Positions 15,630-24,825 of a DNA stretch of 26,420 bases are shown here, piece after piece. The notes under the pieces were generated by a model, which worked only from the letters and a program-made list of their open reading frames with translations, did not search any database and was not told the DNA's origin. This stretch comes from Promethearchaeota archaeon (GTDB taxonomy: Archaea; Asgardarchaeota; Lokiarchaeia; Sigyniarchaeales; SOKP01), in the NCBI GenBank assembly GCA_019058015.1, contig JAHLWH010000197.1:1-26420 (forward strand). Direction: 5' to 3'. A program made the position numbers and the translations under genes. Position 1 is the stretch's first letter. Each line of letters starts with the position of its first letter.

Positions 15630-16394
15630 GTGGAAAATTTCATATTTGCTCTAATATTAACAACTATTGCCGGCTTATCAACCACAATTGGTAGTTTAAT
15701 CGCATTATTTTTTAAGGAACCCGGTCCAAAATATATTTCAATCTCCATGGGCTTTTCTGCTGGAGTTATGATTCTTATATCTTTTGTTGAATTATTACAG
15801 CAAGGTATAACTTCTTTAGGTTTTTTTAATGGACATCTATGGTTTTTTATTGGAATGATAATTATGTTTGCAGTTGATTTGGGGATTTCACATAAATACG
15901 AATTTGAAGATTCGCGTAAAAAAGGGCAAAATGAAAAAAAAGAATCTAAATTAGAAAAAACTTCATTATTAATTGCATTAGGTGTATTTATTCATAATTT
16001 TCCGGAAGGTATGGCTACATTTGCTGGTACATTAAAAGATATCGAACTAGGGTTTTTATTGATGGTAGCTATTGCGCTTCATAATATACCAGAGGGGATA
16101 GCAGTGGCGGTTCCTGTTTATCAATCAACAAAAAGCAGTAAAAAAGCTTTTTTATGGTCCTTTTTATCAGGAGTTAGTGAACCTATAGGTGCTCTAATTG
16201 CGGGATTAATACTTTTGCCTTTTTTGAATGATTTTATATTGGGAATAATGTTATCTATTGTGGGAGGATTTATGGTATTTATTTCATTGGATGAATTATT
16301 ACCCGTATCTCGTTCGTTTGGTAAAGAAAATCTTTCAATTCTAGGGCTTATTATGGGAATGTTTATAATGGCATTGAGTTTATCACTATTATAA
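15630..16394 (+). CDS. zupT: ZIP-family zinc/metal transporter ZupT
   Basis: AGLSTTIG, GFSAGVMILISF, IHNFPEG, IALHNIPEGIAVAVP, SGVSEPIGA, SLDELLP. GTG start. Confidence 0.93.
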   Translation: MENFIFALILTTIAGLSTTIGSLIALFFKEPGPKYISISMGFSAGVMILISFVELLQQGITSLGFFNGHLWFFIGMIIMFAVDLGISHKYEFEDSRKKGQNEKKESKLEKTSLLIALGVFIHNFPEGMATFAGTLKDIELGFLLMVAIALHNIPEGIAVAVPVYQSTKSSKKAFLWSFLSGVSEPIGALIAGLILLPFLNDFILGIMLSIVGGFMVFISLDELLPVSRSFGKENLSILGLIMGMFIMALSLSLL

Positions 16395-16438
16395 GGGGAG
16401 AAAGTAGTAATTTAATATGAAAACAGATTGGATTGAAT

Positions 16439-17587
16439 TTAATAAAAAGGGAATGTATTTCTTGCTTGTGCCTGCTCTTTTAGATATCTTCGTTTAATTT
16501 CTTTATTAATAAGTCCTTCAATTCTACATAAATACTCATATTCATCCTTTAAACAGAGGGTAATTGCTGTTCCTTTTTTACTCATTCGAGATGTTCTACC
16601 TATTCGATGTACATAATTTTCTGAGAATTTGGGAAGATCATAATTAATAACATGAGAAATATTTTCAATATCTAAACCCCTTGCTGCCACATCAGTAGCG
16701 ATGAGCATATTAATCTTATGAGTTTTAAATTCTTTTAATATTTTTTCTCGCTGAAATTGGGATAAATCACCGGATAATAATCCGATTCTATACCATGTTT
16801 TCTTTCTAGTTAATTTATTAAACAGCCAAGATGCTGTTTTTTTTGTATTGACAAATAAAAGAACATTTTTTGGGTTTTCTTTTTTTAAAACCTGAAGAAA
16901 AGTGTTAAATTTTTGTTCAAATAAATCAATTAAATAAAAATATTGTCTGGTACTTCTTACAGTTAGGTCATCTCTACTTAAATTAAGAAATGTAAATTTA
17001 TTTCTTGTGTATTTTTTAACTAATTCTCTTATATCATAATCTAATGTGGCTGAGAATAACATGAATTGATATTTAGTTTTAATAAAGCTTAAGATGTATT
17101 TTATGTCTGGGGCAAACCCCATATCCCAAAGCCTGTCTCCTTCATCTAAAACCACAAATCTAATATTGTTAAAATTAAGTTTACCTCTTTTGTAGAGATC
17201 AATGAGTCTTCCGGGTGTTGCAATAATTATATTAATACCCTGCTCCAACTTTCTTATCTGGTTATTTATTGAAACTCCACCATATATAGGTAAAGATTTT
17301 ATTCTATTATCTCTCAAATCTTCTATTACTTCATAAACTTGTTTTGCAAGTTCGCGTGTAGGAACTAAAACAAGACATTCAATATTATGAAACTTTAATT
17401 TTTCCACAATTGGAATAATATATGCTAAGGTCTTTCCCGTTCCAGTCTTGGCTTGAGCCATGATATTATGATTCTTCAGAATTAAAGGAATAGCTTTTTC
17501 TTGAACTGGTGTTGGTGATGTAATATTCATATTGTTTTTTAAAGCATTAATGCGTTCTACGCTAATGTCTAATTCTTCGAAATTCAC
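16439..17587 (-). CDS. DEAD-box ATP-dependent RNA helicase (DEGD variant)
   Basis: Q motif PTPVQ, AKTGTGKT, PTRELA, TPGRL, LDEGD, FSAT, ATDVAARGLD, YVHRIGRTSR. Confidence 0.95.
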   Translation of the reverse strand: MNFEELDISVERINALKNNMNITSPTPVQEKAIPLILKNHNIMAQAKTGTGKTLAYIIPIVEKLKFHNIECLVLVPTRELAKQVYEVIEDLRDNRIKSLPIYGGVSINNQIRKLEQGINIIIATPGRLIDLYKRGKLNFNNIRFVVLDEGDRLWDMGFAPDIKYILSFIKTKYQFMLFSATLDYDIRELVKKYTRNKFTFLNLSRDDLTVRSTRQYFYLIDLFEQKFNTFLQVLKKENPKNVLLFVNTKKTASWLFNKLTRKKTWYRIGLLSGDLSQFQREKILKEFKTHKINMLIATDVAARGLDIENISHVINYDLPKFSENYVHRIGRTSRMSKKGTAITLCLKDEYEYLCRIEGLINKEIKRRYLKEQAQARNTFPFY

Positions 17588-17819
17588 TGAAATTCACTTA
17601 CTAAGTTTGCTTTTTTCATCATTTGTTAAAGAAACAAATATTTCATAATTATTAAACTCTTGCAAATTCAATTTTAGAGAAAGTTTAAGGAAATTTTTGC
17701 TCTGCTAATTGAATTTTTTGATTTTTAAAAATTATTTTTTTTTCCTCGCTACTAATAAAATAAAATTTAATTTAATTTATAAAGATAAAAAAAAGGTTTT
17801 TATTGAAAAATTTAATCAA

Positions 17820-18980
17820 TTAATCTGTAAAATATAAATGTTCATCAAATCCTGTTTCAGCGGTTAGATCTTGCCCTAATTTTTGGATTCTCTCTTTTGT
17901 AGGATTTGCAAGAATCCTATTCATAATTTTTATAACTTTTTCTAATTTTCTTTCAGAAAATTCTTCAACTATTCGATCATAACGAGCAAATGGAATTCCT
18001 GCAGTATATACACCAACTTGGGATCTGGTAGCCCTACTTGAGACTTGCCAATGCTCAACTTTACATTCAATGCTCTCTAAATAATGGGATAATTTAAACC
18101 ATTCTAATAATAAATTGAATTTTTTACTTTTTCTATTAAATTTTTTTAAAATATTATTAATACGATTTAACCTATCTGGGTGTATTTCGAGAAATATTGC
18201 TTCTTGATCTTCGGTAAGTGAATCTTTAGTCTTTTCTTTAATTAATTTCATTATTTCCTCAACTTTTTTTGCTCGCTCCTCAGTAATTTCGGGAACTTGC
18301 CTTCGTAGATCTTGAGGGGAAAATTCTGATGCGTCTCCATTCTCTACAGTTTCAGATAGAACTTGTCCTATTGTTTCAGCTTGAGGTGTTCTTTGAGGTT
18401 GCGAAGGATGAATATAAATAGTTTTTTCTGGTAATGAAAATAATGCATCCAATTTTTTTGTATCTTCTCCTGCTTCTTTAATTCTTTGTTCTATTACTTC
18501 ATGAGGGTATCCCATTTCTCTAAGATAAAATCGAATATTTTGTAATGTATTATCAAAAGAAATCTGTTGCTGATTAAGAGAACCTGCAAATTTTTTCTCT
18601 AATAATTTATCTGCAATTTGATTTATTCTTTCAGAAACGATATCCTCCATTTTTAAATCTTCAATTTTTCCAAGAATGTATTTGATTTGTTCTTCAGATA
18701 AATATGATAATTCACCTAATGGACCTACAAGATAAGAAATTTTATTTATTTTTTTTAAAAAATTAGTAAAATCTTGGTTAGATATCCCTTTTAATTTATG
18801 AAAAAAGAATTCTAAAAATTTTTTATCAAAACCTGCAATATGTTCTAATGTATCAAGGGGAAGTGCGGTCAAATATTTTTCAAGATTCTTCCCTTGTAGA
18901 TGATCTGGTAATTGAATACCTAGAACCAATACATTATCTTTTATCATATAAATATAATCGGATTTTTCCATATTAAACAA
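17820..18980 (-). CDS. Hypothetical all-helical protein with a central UBA-like motif
   Basis: 386-aa open frame with no family recognised. Central YLREMGYPHEVIEQRIKEAGED, followed by a Pro/Gln-rich linker. Confidence 0.75.
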   Translation of the reverse strand: MFNMEKSDYIYMIKDNVLVLGIQLPDHLQGKNLEKYLTALPLDTLEHIAGFDKKFLEFFFHKLKGISNQDFTNFLKKINKISYLVGPLGELSYLSEEQIKYILGKIEDLKMEDIVSERINQIADKLLEKKFAGSLNQQQISFDNTLQNIRFYLREMGYPHEVIEQRIKEAGEDTKKLDALFSLPEKTIYIHPSQPQRTPQAETIGQVLSETVENGDASEFSPQDLRRQVPEITEERAKKVEEIMKLIKEKTKDSLTEDQEAIFLEIHPDRLNRINNILKKFNRKSKKFNLLLEWFKLSHYLESIECKVEHWQVSSRATRSQVGVYTAGIPFARYDRIVEEFSERKLEKVIKIMNRILANPTKERIQKLGQDLTAETGFDEHLYFTD

Positions 18981-19091
18981 AAAAATTAATTTACGATTGG
19001 TTTAGTTACAATAGTAATTTGTTTTTAAAATTAAAATTTTCACTACTCAATTCCCATTTATTAATTCTTCAAATATAAAAGAATAGCAAGA

Positions 19092-19568
19092 GTGAAAAAA
19101 ACTGTGAGAAAGAGAAAGAAATTATCAACATATGATACACGAAAATATCCTGTTAGACCTCATATTGGCGTAGGAATTCTCTTAGTTAGGGATGATAATT
19201 TATTATTAATTAAAAGAAAGTTTGATCCTGATGCAGGATATTGGAGCATTCCAGGGGGTCATTTGGAGCTAGGAGAGAGGACTCAGCATGCAGCAGAAAG
19301 GGAAGGTTTTGAAGAAATTGGTTATAAGGTTAAAGTGAAAAAATTAGCGGGAATAATAGATAAAATAATGTATGATAATAATGATAAAATTGAATATCAT
19401 TATGTGCTAATTAATTATTTTGTGGAACAAGTTGAAGGAGAACCATCTCAACCACCAAAAGCATCTTCTGATGCTTTAGAAGCGAGATTTGTACCATTTA
19501 AGGAATTAAAACAATATAACTTAACAGATTCCTTAATAGAACTACTTATTCAATTAAATATTTATTAA
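19092..19568 (+). CDS. Nudix hydrolase (ADP-ribose pyrophosphatase-like)
   Basis: YPVRPHIGVG, WSIPGGHLELGERTQHAAEREGFEEIG (Nudix box), YHYVLI, SDA. Confidence 0.92.
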   Translation: MKKTVRKRKKLSTYDTRKYPVRPHIGVGILLVRDDNLLLIKRKFDPDAGYWSIPGGHLELGERTQHAAEREGFEEIGYKVKVKKLAGIIDKIMYDNNDKIEYHYVLINYFVEQVEGEPSQPPKASSDALEARFVPFKELKQYNLTDSLIELLIQLNIY

Positions 19569-19688
19569 TCGTAAATATGATTTTTGCAAATAAAAAATAA
19601 GAATAAAAGTGAAATATCTTAATTGATAATTATATTCTTGAGAATAATTTAACTTAATAGAAATTAATTGCTGTAAATCAAAATTCCA

Positions 19689-21002
19689 ATGACAACCCAA
19701 GTGTATATAGCTAAGGAAGGAAAAATTTCGGAAGAAATGAAGATTGTTGCAAAAAAAGAAGGGGTCGACGCTGAATTTATCAGAAATGGATTGAAACATG
19801 GACGAATAATAATACCAAAGTCTAATGTGCGAGAGATTGAGCCAATTGGGATTGGAAAAGGCTTATTGGTTAAAATTAATGCAAATATTGGTTCAAGTAA
19901 AACTGTTTGTAATATTGATAATGAATTAGATAAGGCGAAAATAGCTGTGAAATACGGGGCAGATACTGTGATGGATTTGAGTACAGGTGTTACAGAGCAA
20001 GATTTAAAAACCATTAGAAGAAATATTTTGAGGATAATAAAAGTTCCTATCGGAACAGTCCCAATATACCAAGTAGCGTTAAGAAGTTTGGAGAGAGACG
20101 GGGCAATCATAGATATGACAGAAGATGATATGTTTAATGTAGTAGAAGAACAAGCAAAAGAAGGTGTAGATTTCTTCACAATTCATGCTGGCGTAACTAA
20201 AGAAATTGTGGAGTATCTAAAAGATTATCCAAGAATGATGGGGATAGTTTCAAGAGGAGGCACTTTCTTAGCTGCTTGGATAATACATCACGATTTAGAA
20301 AATCCATATTTCAAGAATTTCGATTATTTACTTGAAATGGCAAAAGAATACGATTTCTCATTAAGCCTTGGAGATGGTTGCAGACCTGGAAGTATTTTTG
20401 ATTCGACTGACTATTCCCAAATACAAGAATTATTAATTATTTCAAAATTGGTCAAAAGATGCTGGGATAATAATGTGCAAGTTATGGTTGAAGGTCCTGG
20501 TCATATTCCAGCTCATGAGATTGAACGGAATGTAAAACTCCAAAAATCAATATGTAATGAAGCCCCTTTTTATGTTTTAGGTCCCTTAGTTACCGATATT
20601 GCTCCAGGTTATGATGATATTGTAAGTGCAATTGGTGGAACCATTGCTGGATTAGCCGGAGCTGATTATTTATGTTATGTTACTCCATCAGAACATTTAG
20701 GCCTTCCAAATATTGATGAGGTTAAGCGAGGTGTTATATCATCAAAAATTGCAGCACATGCTGTAAATATTGCGAGATATGGAAAACGAGCTAGCTGGTG
20801 GGATGAAAAAATGGATAAAGCCCGGAAAGATTTAAATTGGAAAGAAATGATAAAATTAGCAATTGATCCAGAAACTGCTAAAAAAATTCATTATCGAGCA
20901 GGAACTGAAATTGATAATGAACCTTGCTCAATGTGTGGAGAATTTTGTTCTATAAAAATTTTAGAAGAAGCCTTAAAAAAATCTAAAAAGAAAAATGATT
21001 AG
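19689..21002 (+). CDS. thiC: Phosphomethylpyrimidine synthase ThiC
   Basis: KINANIG, GADTVMDLST, IGTVPIYQ, TIHAG, SRGG, SLGDGCRPG, EGPGH, GYDDI, YVTPSEHL, C-terminal CSMCGEFC. Confidence 0.9.
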   Translation: MTTQVYIAKEGKISEEMKIVAKKEGVDAEFIRNGLKHGRIIIPKSNVREIEPIGIGKGLLVKINANIGSSKTVCNIDNELDKAKIAVKYGADTVMDLSTGVTEQDLKTIRRNILRIIKVPIGTVPIYQVALRSLERDGAIIDMTEDDMFNVVEEQAKEGVDFFTIHAGVTKEIVEYLKDYPRMMGIVSRGGTFLAAWIIHHDLENPYFKNFDYLLEMAKEYDFSLSLGDGCRPGSIFDSTDYSQIQELLIISKLVKRCWDNNVQVMVEGPGHIPAHEIERNVKLQKSICNEAPFYVLGPLVTDIAPGYDDIVSAIGGTIAGLAGADYLCYVTPSEHLGLPNIDEVKRGVISSKIAAHAVNIARYGKRASWWDEKMDKARKDLNWKEMIKLAIDPETAKKIHYRAGTEIDNEPCSMCGEFCSIKILEEALKKSKKKND

Positions 21003-21352
21003 TATTTATTCTTAAAAATTGGTACAATACAAATAAAAATTAAATCATCTTGTCCTAAGTTTTTTATTCCATGTTTTTCATTGGGAGGTATATACAACAC
21101 ATCTCCTTCATTTACTAAGTCCTCTTGTCCAGCGTCATTATAAAAGCTTGCATTACCTTTTAAAATATAAATTTCATGATCTTCGGGGTGTTCATGAAGG
21201 GGAATACTACCTTTTAGTTTTACTTCAAATCGCCTCATAGCATAATATTTAGCTCCATCACTTTCATCAATCAGCCACCTTACATAAGCATCTTTAGTAT
21301 TCTCTAAAGCTACGGGAATATTATCTACGTCTTTGTAATTTTTTTTTAACAT
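20999..21352 (-). CDS. Cupin domain protein
   Basis: PLHEHPEDHEIYILKG and GDVLYIPPNEKHG cupin motifs. 4-nt convergent overlap with thiC. Confidence 0.9.
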   Translation of the reverse strand: MLKKNYKDVDNIPVALENTKDAYVRWLIDESDGAKYYAMRRFEVKLKGSIPLHEHPEDHEIYILKGNASFYNDAGQEDLVNEGDVLYIPPNEKHGIKNLGQDDLIFICIVPIFKNKY

Positions 21353-21566
21353 AATAATTTAAAATAATTCTTTCACATTAAATAATTTTAATTTGATTTA
21401 AATTGAAATCCTAATGATTTTTTTTAGCCATAAATGAACTTTATTGCAAATATAAACAAGGCATATCTAATTTTATAAACTTATAAATAGTAAATGAGAA
21501 AAAATAAATTATAGAAATTTAATTAATTAGAAAAAAGGTGGGAATTCTATTTCAAGCACAGTTATT

Positions 21567-22568
21567 TTGAATACAATTATCATCTATACTTTAACCATTT
21601 TAGTGTTAATCCATTCTTATAAATTTCGAGGTGTTTATAAAACTTTAATTTTTTTATTTGGGGCCATAGTTGTAAGTGGTTTTGTAGAAAATTTTGCATC
21701 AATTTTTGGAGGTTATTATTATCCAGCTACAGAACTCATATTATTTTATTATAAATGTCCCTTCGATGTTTGTTTGGGTTGGTTTATTATTACATATTGT
21801 TGTGGATATTTTTCACATATTCTTATTGGTAATGGACAAGGTTCTTTTCCGGCATGGGGAATAGGGAGTAATTTAGAGAGAGGAATAGATAAAAAATTTT
21901 TCAAAATAACATTTTTTAGAAGTGCTTTTGCTGCATATATTGCAGTAAATTTTGACTTTTTTATGGATCCAGTAGCGGTTGAAAATGGATGGTGGATATG
22001 GGAAACATATAGTTTTTATATCTTAGGAGTTCCTCTTATAAATTATTTTGGATGGTTTTTTCTTGTCTTCTGGTTTCTTTTTTTTTATGATCTTGTAATT
22101 ACTCATTTTAAAGATTCGAAAAATATAATTATTTCCGGGTTTTGGGTGTTGGCTATACTTGCTTCTACACAATTAACTGGTTTCATCCTTGGGATTTTTA
22201 GCGAAATTTTAAGCAGTCCAATGATAAGAAATGGAGGAACTGTTTATCTTGATATGCAGATTACACCAGAAAGAACAATTGGATTACTTATAACTCTCCT
22301 ATTGACGACTATTTTAATAGGCTTAATAATGATTTCATCAAAAGCTCCAAATAAATTTCCAGAACAAAAACCTTCAAATGTAATCTGGAAAATTCTACCC
22401 TCAATTATTATGTTAATTTTTTGGGCGGATGTGTTAATAGTAACATTTTTAACAAGTCCTTTAATGGTTTTTATTGGATTTACATTCGATATATTCTTTT
22501 TGGGCATCTGTGTTTACATTATTATCAACAAAAATTTAAACAAAATAATCATGAAAGGTTCGGAATAA
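21567..22568 (+). CDS. Carotenoid biosynthesis / CruF-like (DUF422) polytopic membrane hydratase homologue
   Basis: ENFA..FGGYYY, PFDVCLGW, DFFMDPVAVENGWWIW, GVPLINYFGWF, many TM helices. The start is uncertain (TTG 21567 or ATT 21549). Confidence 0.75.
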   Translation: MNTIIIYTLTILVLIHSYKFRGVYKTLIFLFGAIVVSGFVENFASIFGGYYYPATELILFYYKCPFDVCLGWFIITYCCGYFSHILIGNGQGSFPAWGIGSNLERGIDKKFFKITFFRSAFAAYIAVNFDFFMDPVAVENGWWIWETYSFYILGVPLINYFGWFFLVFWFLFFYDLVITHFKDSKNIIISGFWVLAILASTQLTGFILGIFSEILSSPMIRNGGTVYLDMQITPERTIGLLITLLLTTILIGLIMISSKAPNKFPEQKPSNVIWKILPSIIMLIFWADVLIVTFLTSPLMVFIGFTFDIFFLGICVYIIINKNLNKIIMKGSE

Positions 22569-22752
22569 GTAGTTTTAATCTTTGGAATTCTGCTTAAAAC
22601 TCTTTTATTTTATAATTTCAATGTTTTTATCGAACATATTATATTATCAAAATAAATTTTGGACACTAAATTAGATCTTTAATTAAAAAAAAAACTAAAT
22701 TTTAAAAGGAGATATATTAAGATAGAATTATATCAGAGATAGTGTTATAATA

Positions 22753-23139
22753 ATGTTAGAAAATTTACCTATAGATTTGATAGAGAAAATTATAGATACC
22801 TTACCTGTTGAAATATCTTTTATTGACGCTGAAGATACAGTAAGATATTATAGTAAGGGGGATAACAGAATATTCAAACGTAGTCCTGCTGTTATTGGAA
22901 GAAAAGTTCAAAAATGCCATCCACCTAAAAGTGTTGATAAAGTAGTTGCTATATTAAATGATTTTAAACAAAATAAGAGGGATGTTGCAGAATTTTGGAT
23001 CCATTTAGGAGATTTATTTGTGTTTATTCGATATTTTGCGGTACGTGATAAAGAGGGAAATTATTTAGGAACTTTAGAAGTATCTCAAGAAATTACTGAA
23101 ATACAAAATCTAAAAGGAGAAAAAAGGCTTTTAGATTAG
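22753..23139 (+). CDS. Stand-alone PAS domain protein (PAS_10, DUF438-associated type)
   Basis: TLPVEISFIDAEDTVRYYS, IFKRSPAVIGRKVQKCHPPKS, FWI, YFAVRDKEGNYLGTLEVSQ. Confidence 0.88.
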   Translation: MLENLPIDLIEKIIDTLPVEISFIDAEDTVRYYSKGDNRIFKRSPAVIGRKVQKCHPPKSVDKVVAILNDFKQNKRDVAEFWIHLGDLFVFIRYFAVRDKEGNYLGTLEVSQEITEIQNLKGEKRLLD

Positions 23140-23163
23140 AAAAAAATCTTAAAAAGTAAATTC

Positions 23164-24687
23164 TCACTTATAATTCAACAGAGATTTTCCTACAACGCTC
23201 CAATGCGGTTTAATACCTAACAAATCTAATAAGGTTGGAACAATATCCGTGGTTTTGCAATAAGGAATCTCGAAAGATGGAATTTCAAGAGAACCTCCTA
23301 TAATCAACGGGACTGTCATTGATTTTTTAAGAGCAATGTCATGAGAATATGGATAAGTCGCAACTGTCTTACCATGCTCATATCCAAAACCATATTCACC
23401 AATTGTAGAGATCATAATATCACATGCCCGTGGATTTTTAAAATACCGTGGAAGTTGGTCAATGAAGATTGGATAACCAATTTGATTGGTTATTGCTAAC
23501 CATTCGTCAATTGTATGTGCTTTATTATCCAAAAGTTCTTTCACATCCTTGTGATTCTCATATCCAAATAAATCTTCTTTATCAAAAGTGTATTTTGTCT
23601 TTTGATTTTTTCCATGTCCATCATATTCAATTCTACCTTTCATAATTTTTCCAGTCTTTTTATCCCGTCGCTCAAGATGAATTATTCCTCGATCTGGCGT
23701 ATTATTATCATCACGATAATACATTAATTTTACACCTGGAATTTCCCATAAGGTTTCGAATAAATCCAATTTTTTACTCCCTATTCCACTTGGTTCAAAA
23801 TTTCGCATTTGTTTAATAGTAGGATGATGATGCCAAGTATCTCCTCGGAAATTGAAAAATCCGATAGAACCGAATGTTGCGTCAAAATCGCCAACTTCTT
23901 TTTTAGGAACATAAGGTATTAATCCTTTTTTTTGGAAAAAAGGTTCGAGATCATACATATTTTGTGCTTTATAATTGCCATGATCAGAGATAATACAAAT
24001 TGCCGTATCCTCATAATATCCTGTATCTTTAAGTGTGTTAATTAAAGACCCAATATACTCGTCACAACTTAAGACTTCATTAATATAATCTGGATGATCA
24101 AAACCTGCATGGTGCATAAGATCATCTGTTTTTGGTATATATCCTACAGTAATTTTTGGAACTTCCTTAACCGAAAAGAATTTTTCTGGTTTTTGGTAAG
24201 CCTCCTCAATAGTTTTTAATGTTGTTTCTGTATCAAATTTTTTAGGAGTTTGAAAAATCGAACCACGAAATATTACGTTTATTAAACTTAGATAGTTTCC
24301 TTCACCAGCTTGTTCAAAAATTGTTTGAACATTAGGTCCCAAGTCTTTACTAATTTTCCATATTTGACGTCCATCTCCGTAATTACGAATAAAAGGCAAC
24401 TTTTTCCCTTCTGAAGGAGGGTCTGTCCGACTGACCCAATGATAAGTCGGAATACCACTTCCTTCTTTAGGGTAATAACCAGAATAGGCACCAGTCATGA
24501 TATTAGAATAGCAAGGAAAAGTAATGCTCGGAAAAGTTGTAATACAATTCTGACACGAGATTCCATTTTTAGCAAGTTGAGCCATGTTTGGAAGCTTTCC
24601 TTGGTTAATCCATCCATAAAGATGCAAAGCCCTAACATCATCAATAACAATTAAAATTACTTGATTTACTTTAGCAATTCGACTCAT
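23164..24687 (-). CDS. Alkaline phosphatase superfamily, nucleotide pyrophosphatase/phosphodiesterase type
   Basis: ILIVIDDVR, FPSITFP (Thr nucleophile), TDDLMH, ISDHG, SHD, VPLII, DIVPTLL. Confidence 0.88.
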   Translation of the reverse strand: MSRIAKVNQVILIVIDDVRALHLYGWINQGKLPNMAQLAKNGISCQNCITTFPSITFPCYSNIMTGAYSGYYPKEGSGIPTYHWVSRTDPPSEGKKLPFIRNYGDGRQIWKISKDLGPNVQTIFEQAGEGNYLSLINVIFRGSIFQTPKKFDTETTLKTIEEAYQKPEKFFSVKEVPKITVGYIPKTDDLMHHAGFDHPDYINEVLSCDEYIGSLINTLKDTGYYEDTAICIISDHGNYKAQNMYDLEPFFQKKGLIPYVPKKEVGDFDATFGSIGFFNFRGDTWHHHPTIKQMRNFEPSGIGSKKLDLFETLWEIPGVKLMYYRDDNNTPDRGIIHLERRDKKTGKIMKGRIEYDGHGKNQKTKYTFDKEDLFGYENHKDVKELLDNKAHTIDEWLAITNQIGYPIFIDQLPRYFKNPRACDIMISTIGEYGFGYEHGKTVATYPYSHDIALKKSMTVPLIIGGSLEIPSFEIPYCKTTDIVPTLLDLLGIKPHWSVVGKSLLNYK

Positions 24688-24785
24688 AATTAATTCTATA
24701 TTTTATAAGTTATTAATTTAAATTTAAAATAAAAAAACGATTATGATTTGAATATAAAAATTTGTATAAGTATTATAAGTTAGTT

Positions 24786-24805
24786 ATTGGTCGCATTGGT
24801 CGCAT
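24786..24805. repeat. Perfect 9-bp tandem repeat ATTGGTCGC x2 in intergenic DNA
   Basis: ATTGGTCGC ATTGGTCGC AT, about 100 bp upstream of the phosphodiesterase start. Confidence 0.6.
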
Positions 24806-24825
24806 AAATTAAAATAAAATATCCT

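Noticed and set aside
19569-19688. TPP riboswitch upstream of thiC
   Set aside because: There is no CTGAGA/ACCTG core or GC-rich stem, and the region is almost entirely A/T.
23164-24687. Sulfatase target for the anSME
   Set aside because: It lacks (C/S)xPxR and has the NPP-type PSITFP Thr nucleophile.
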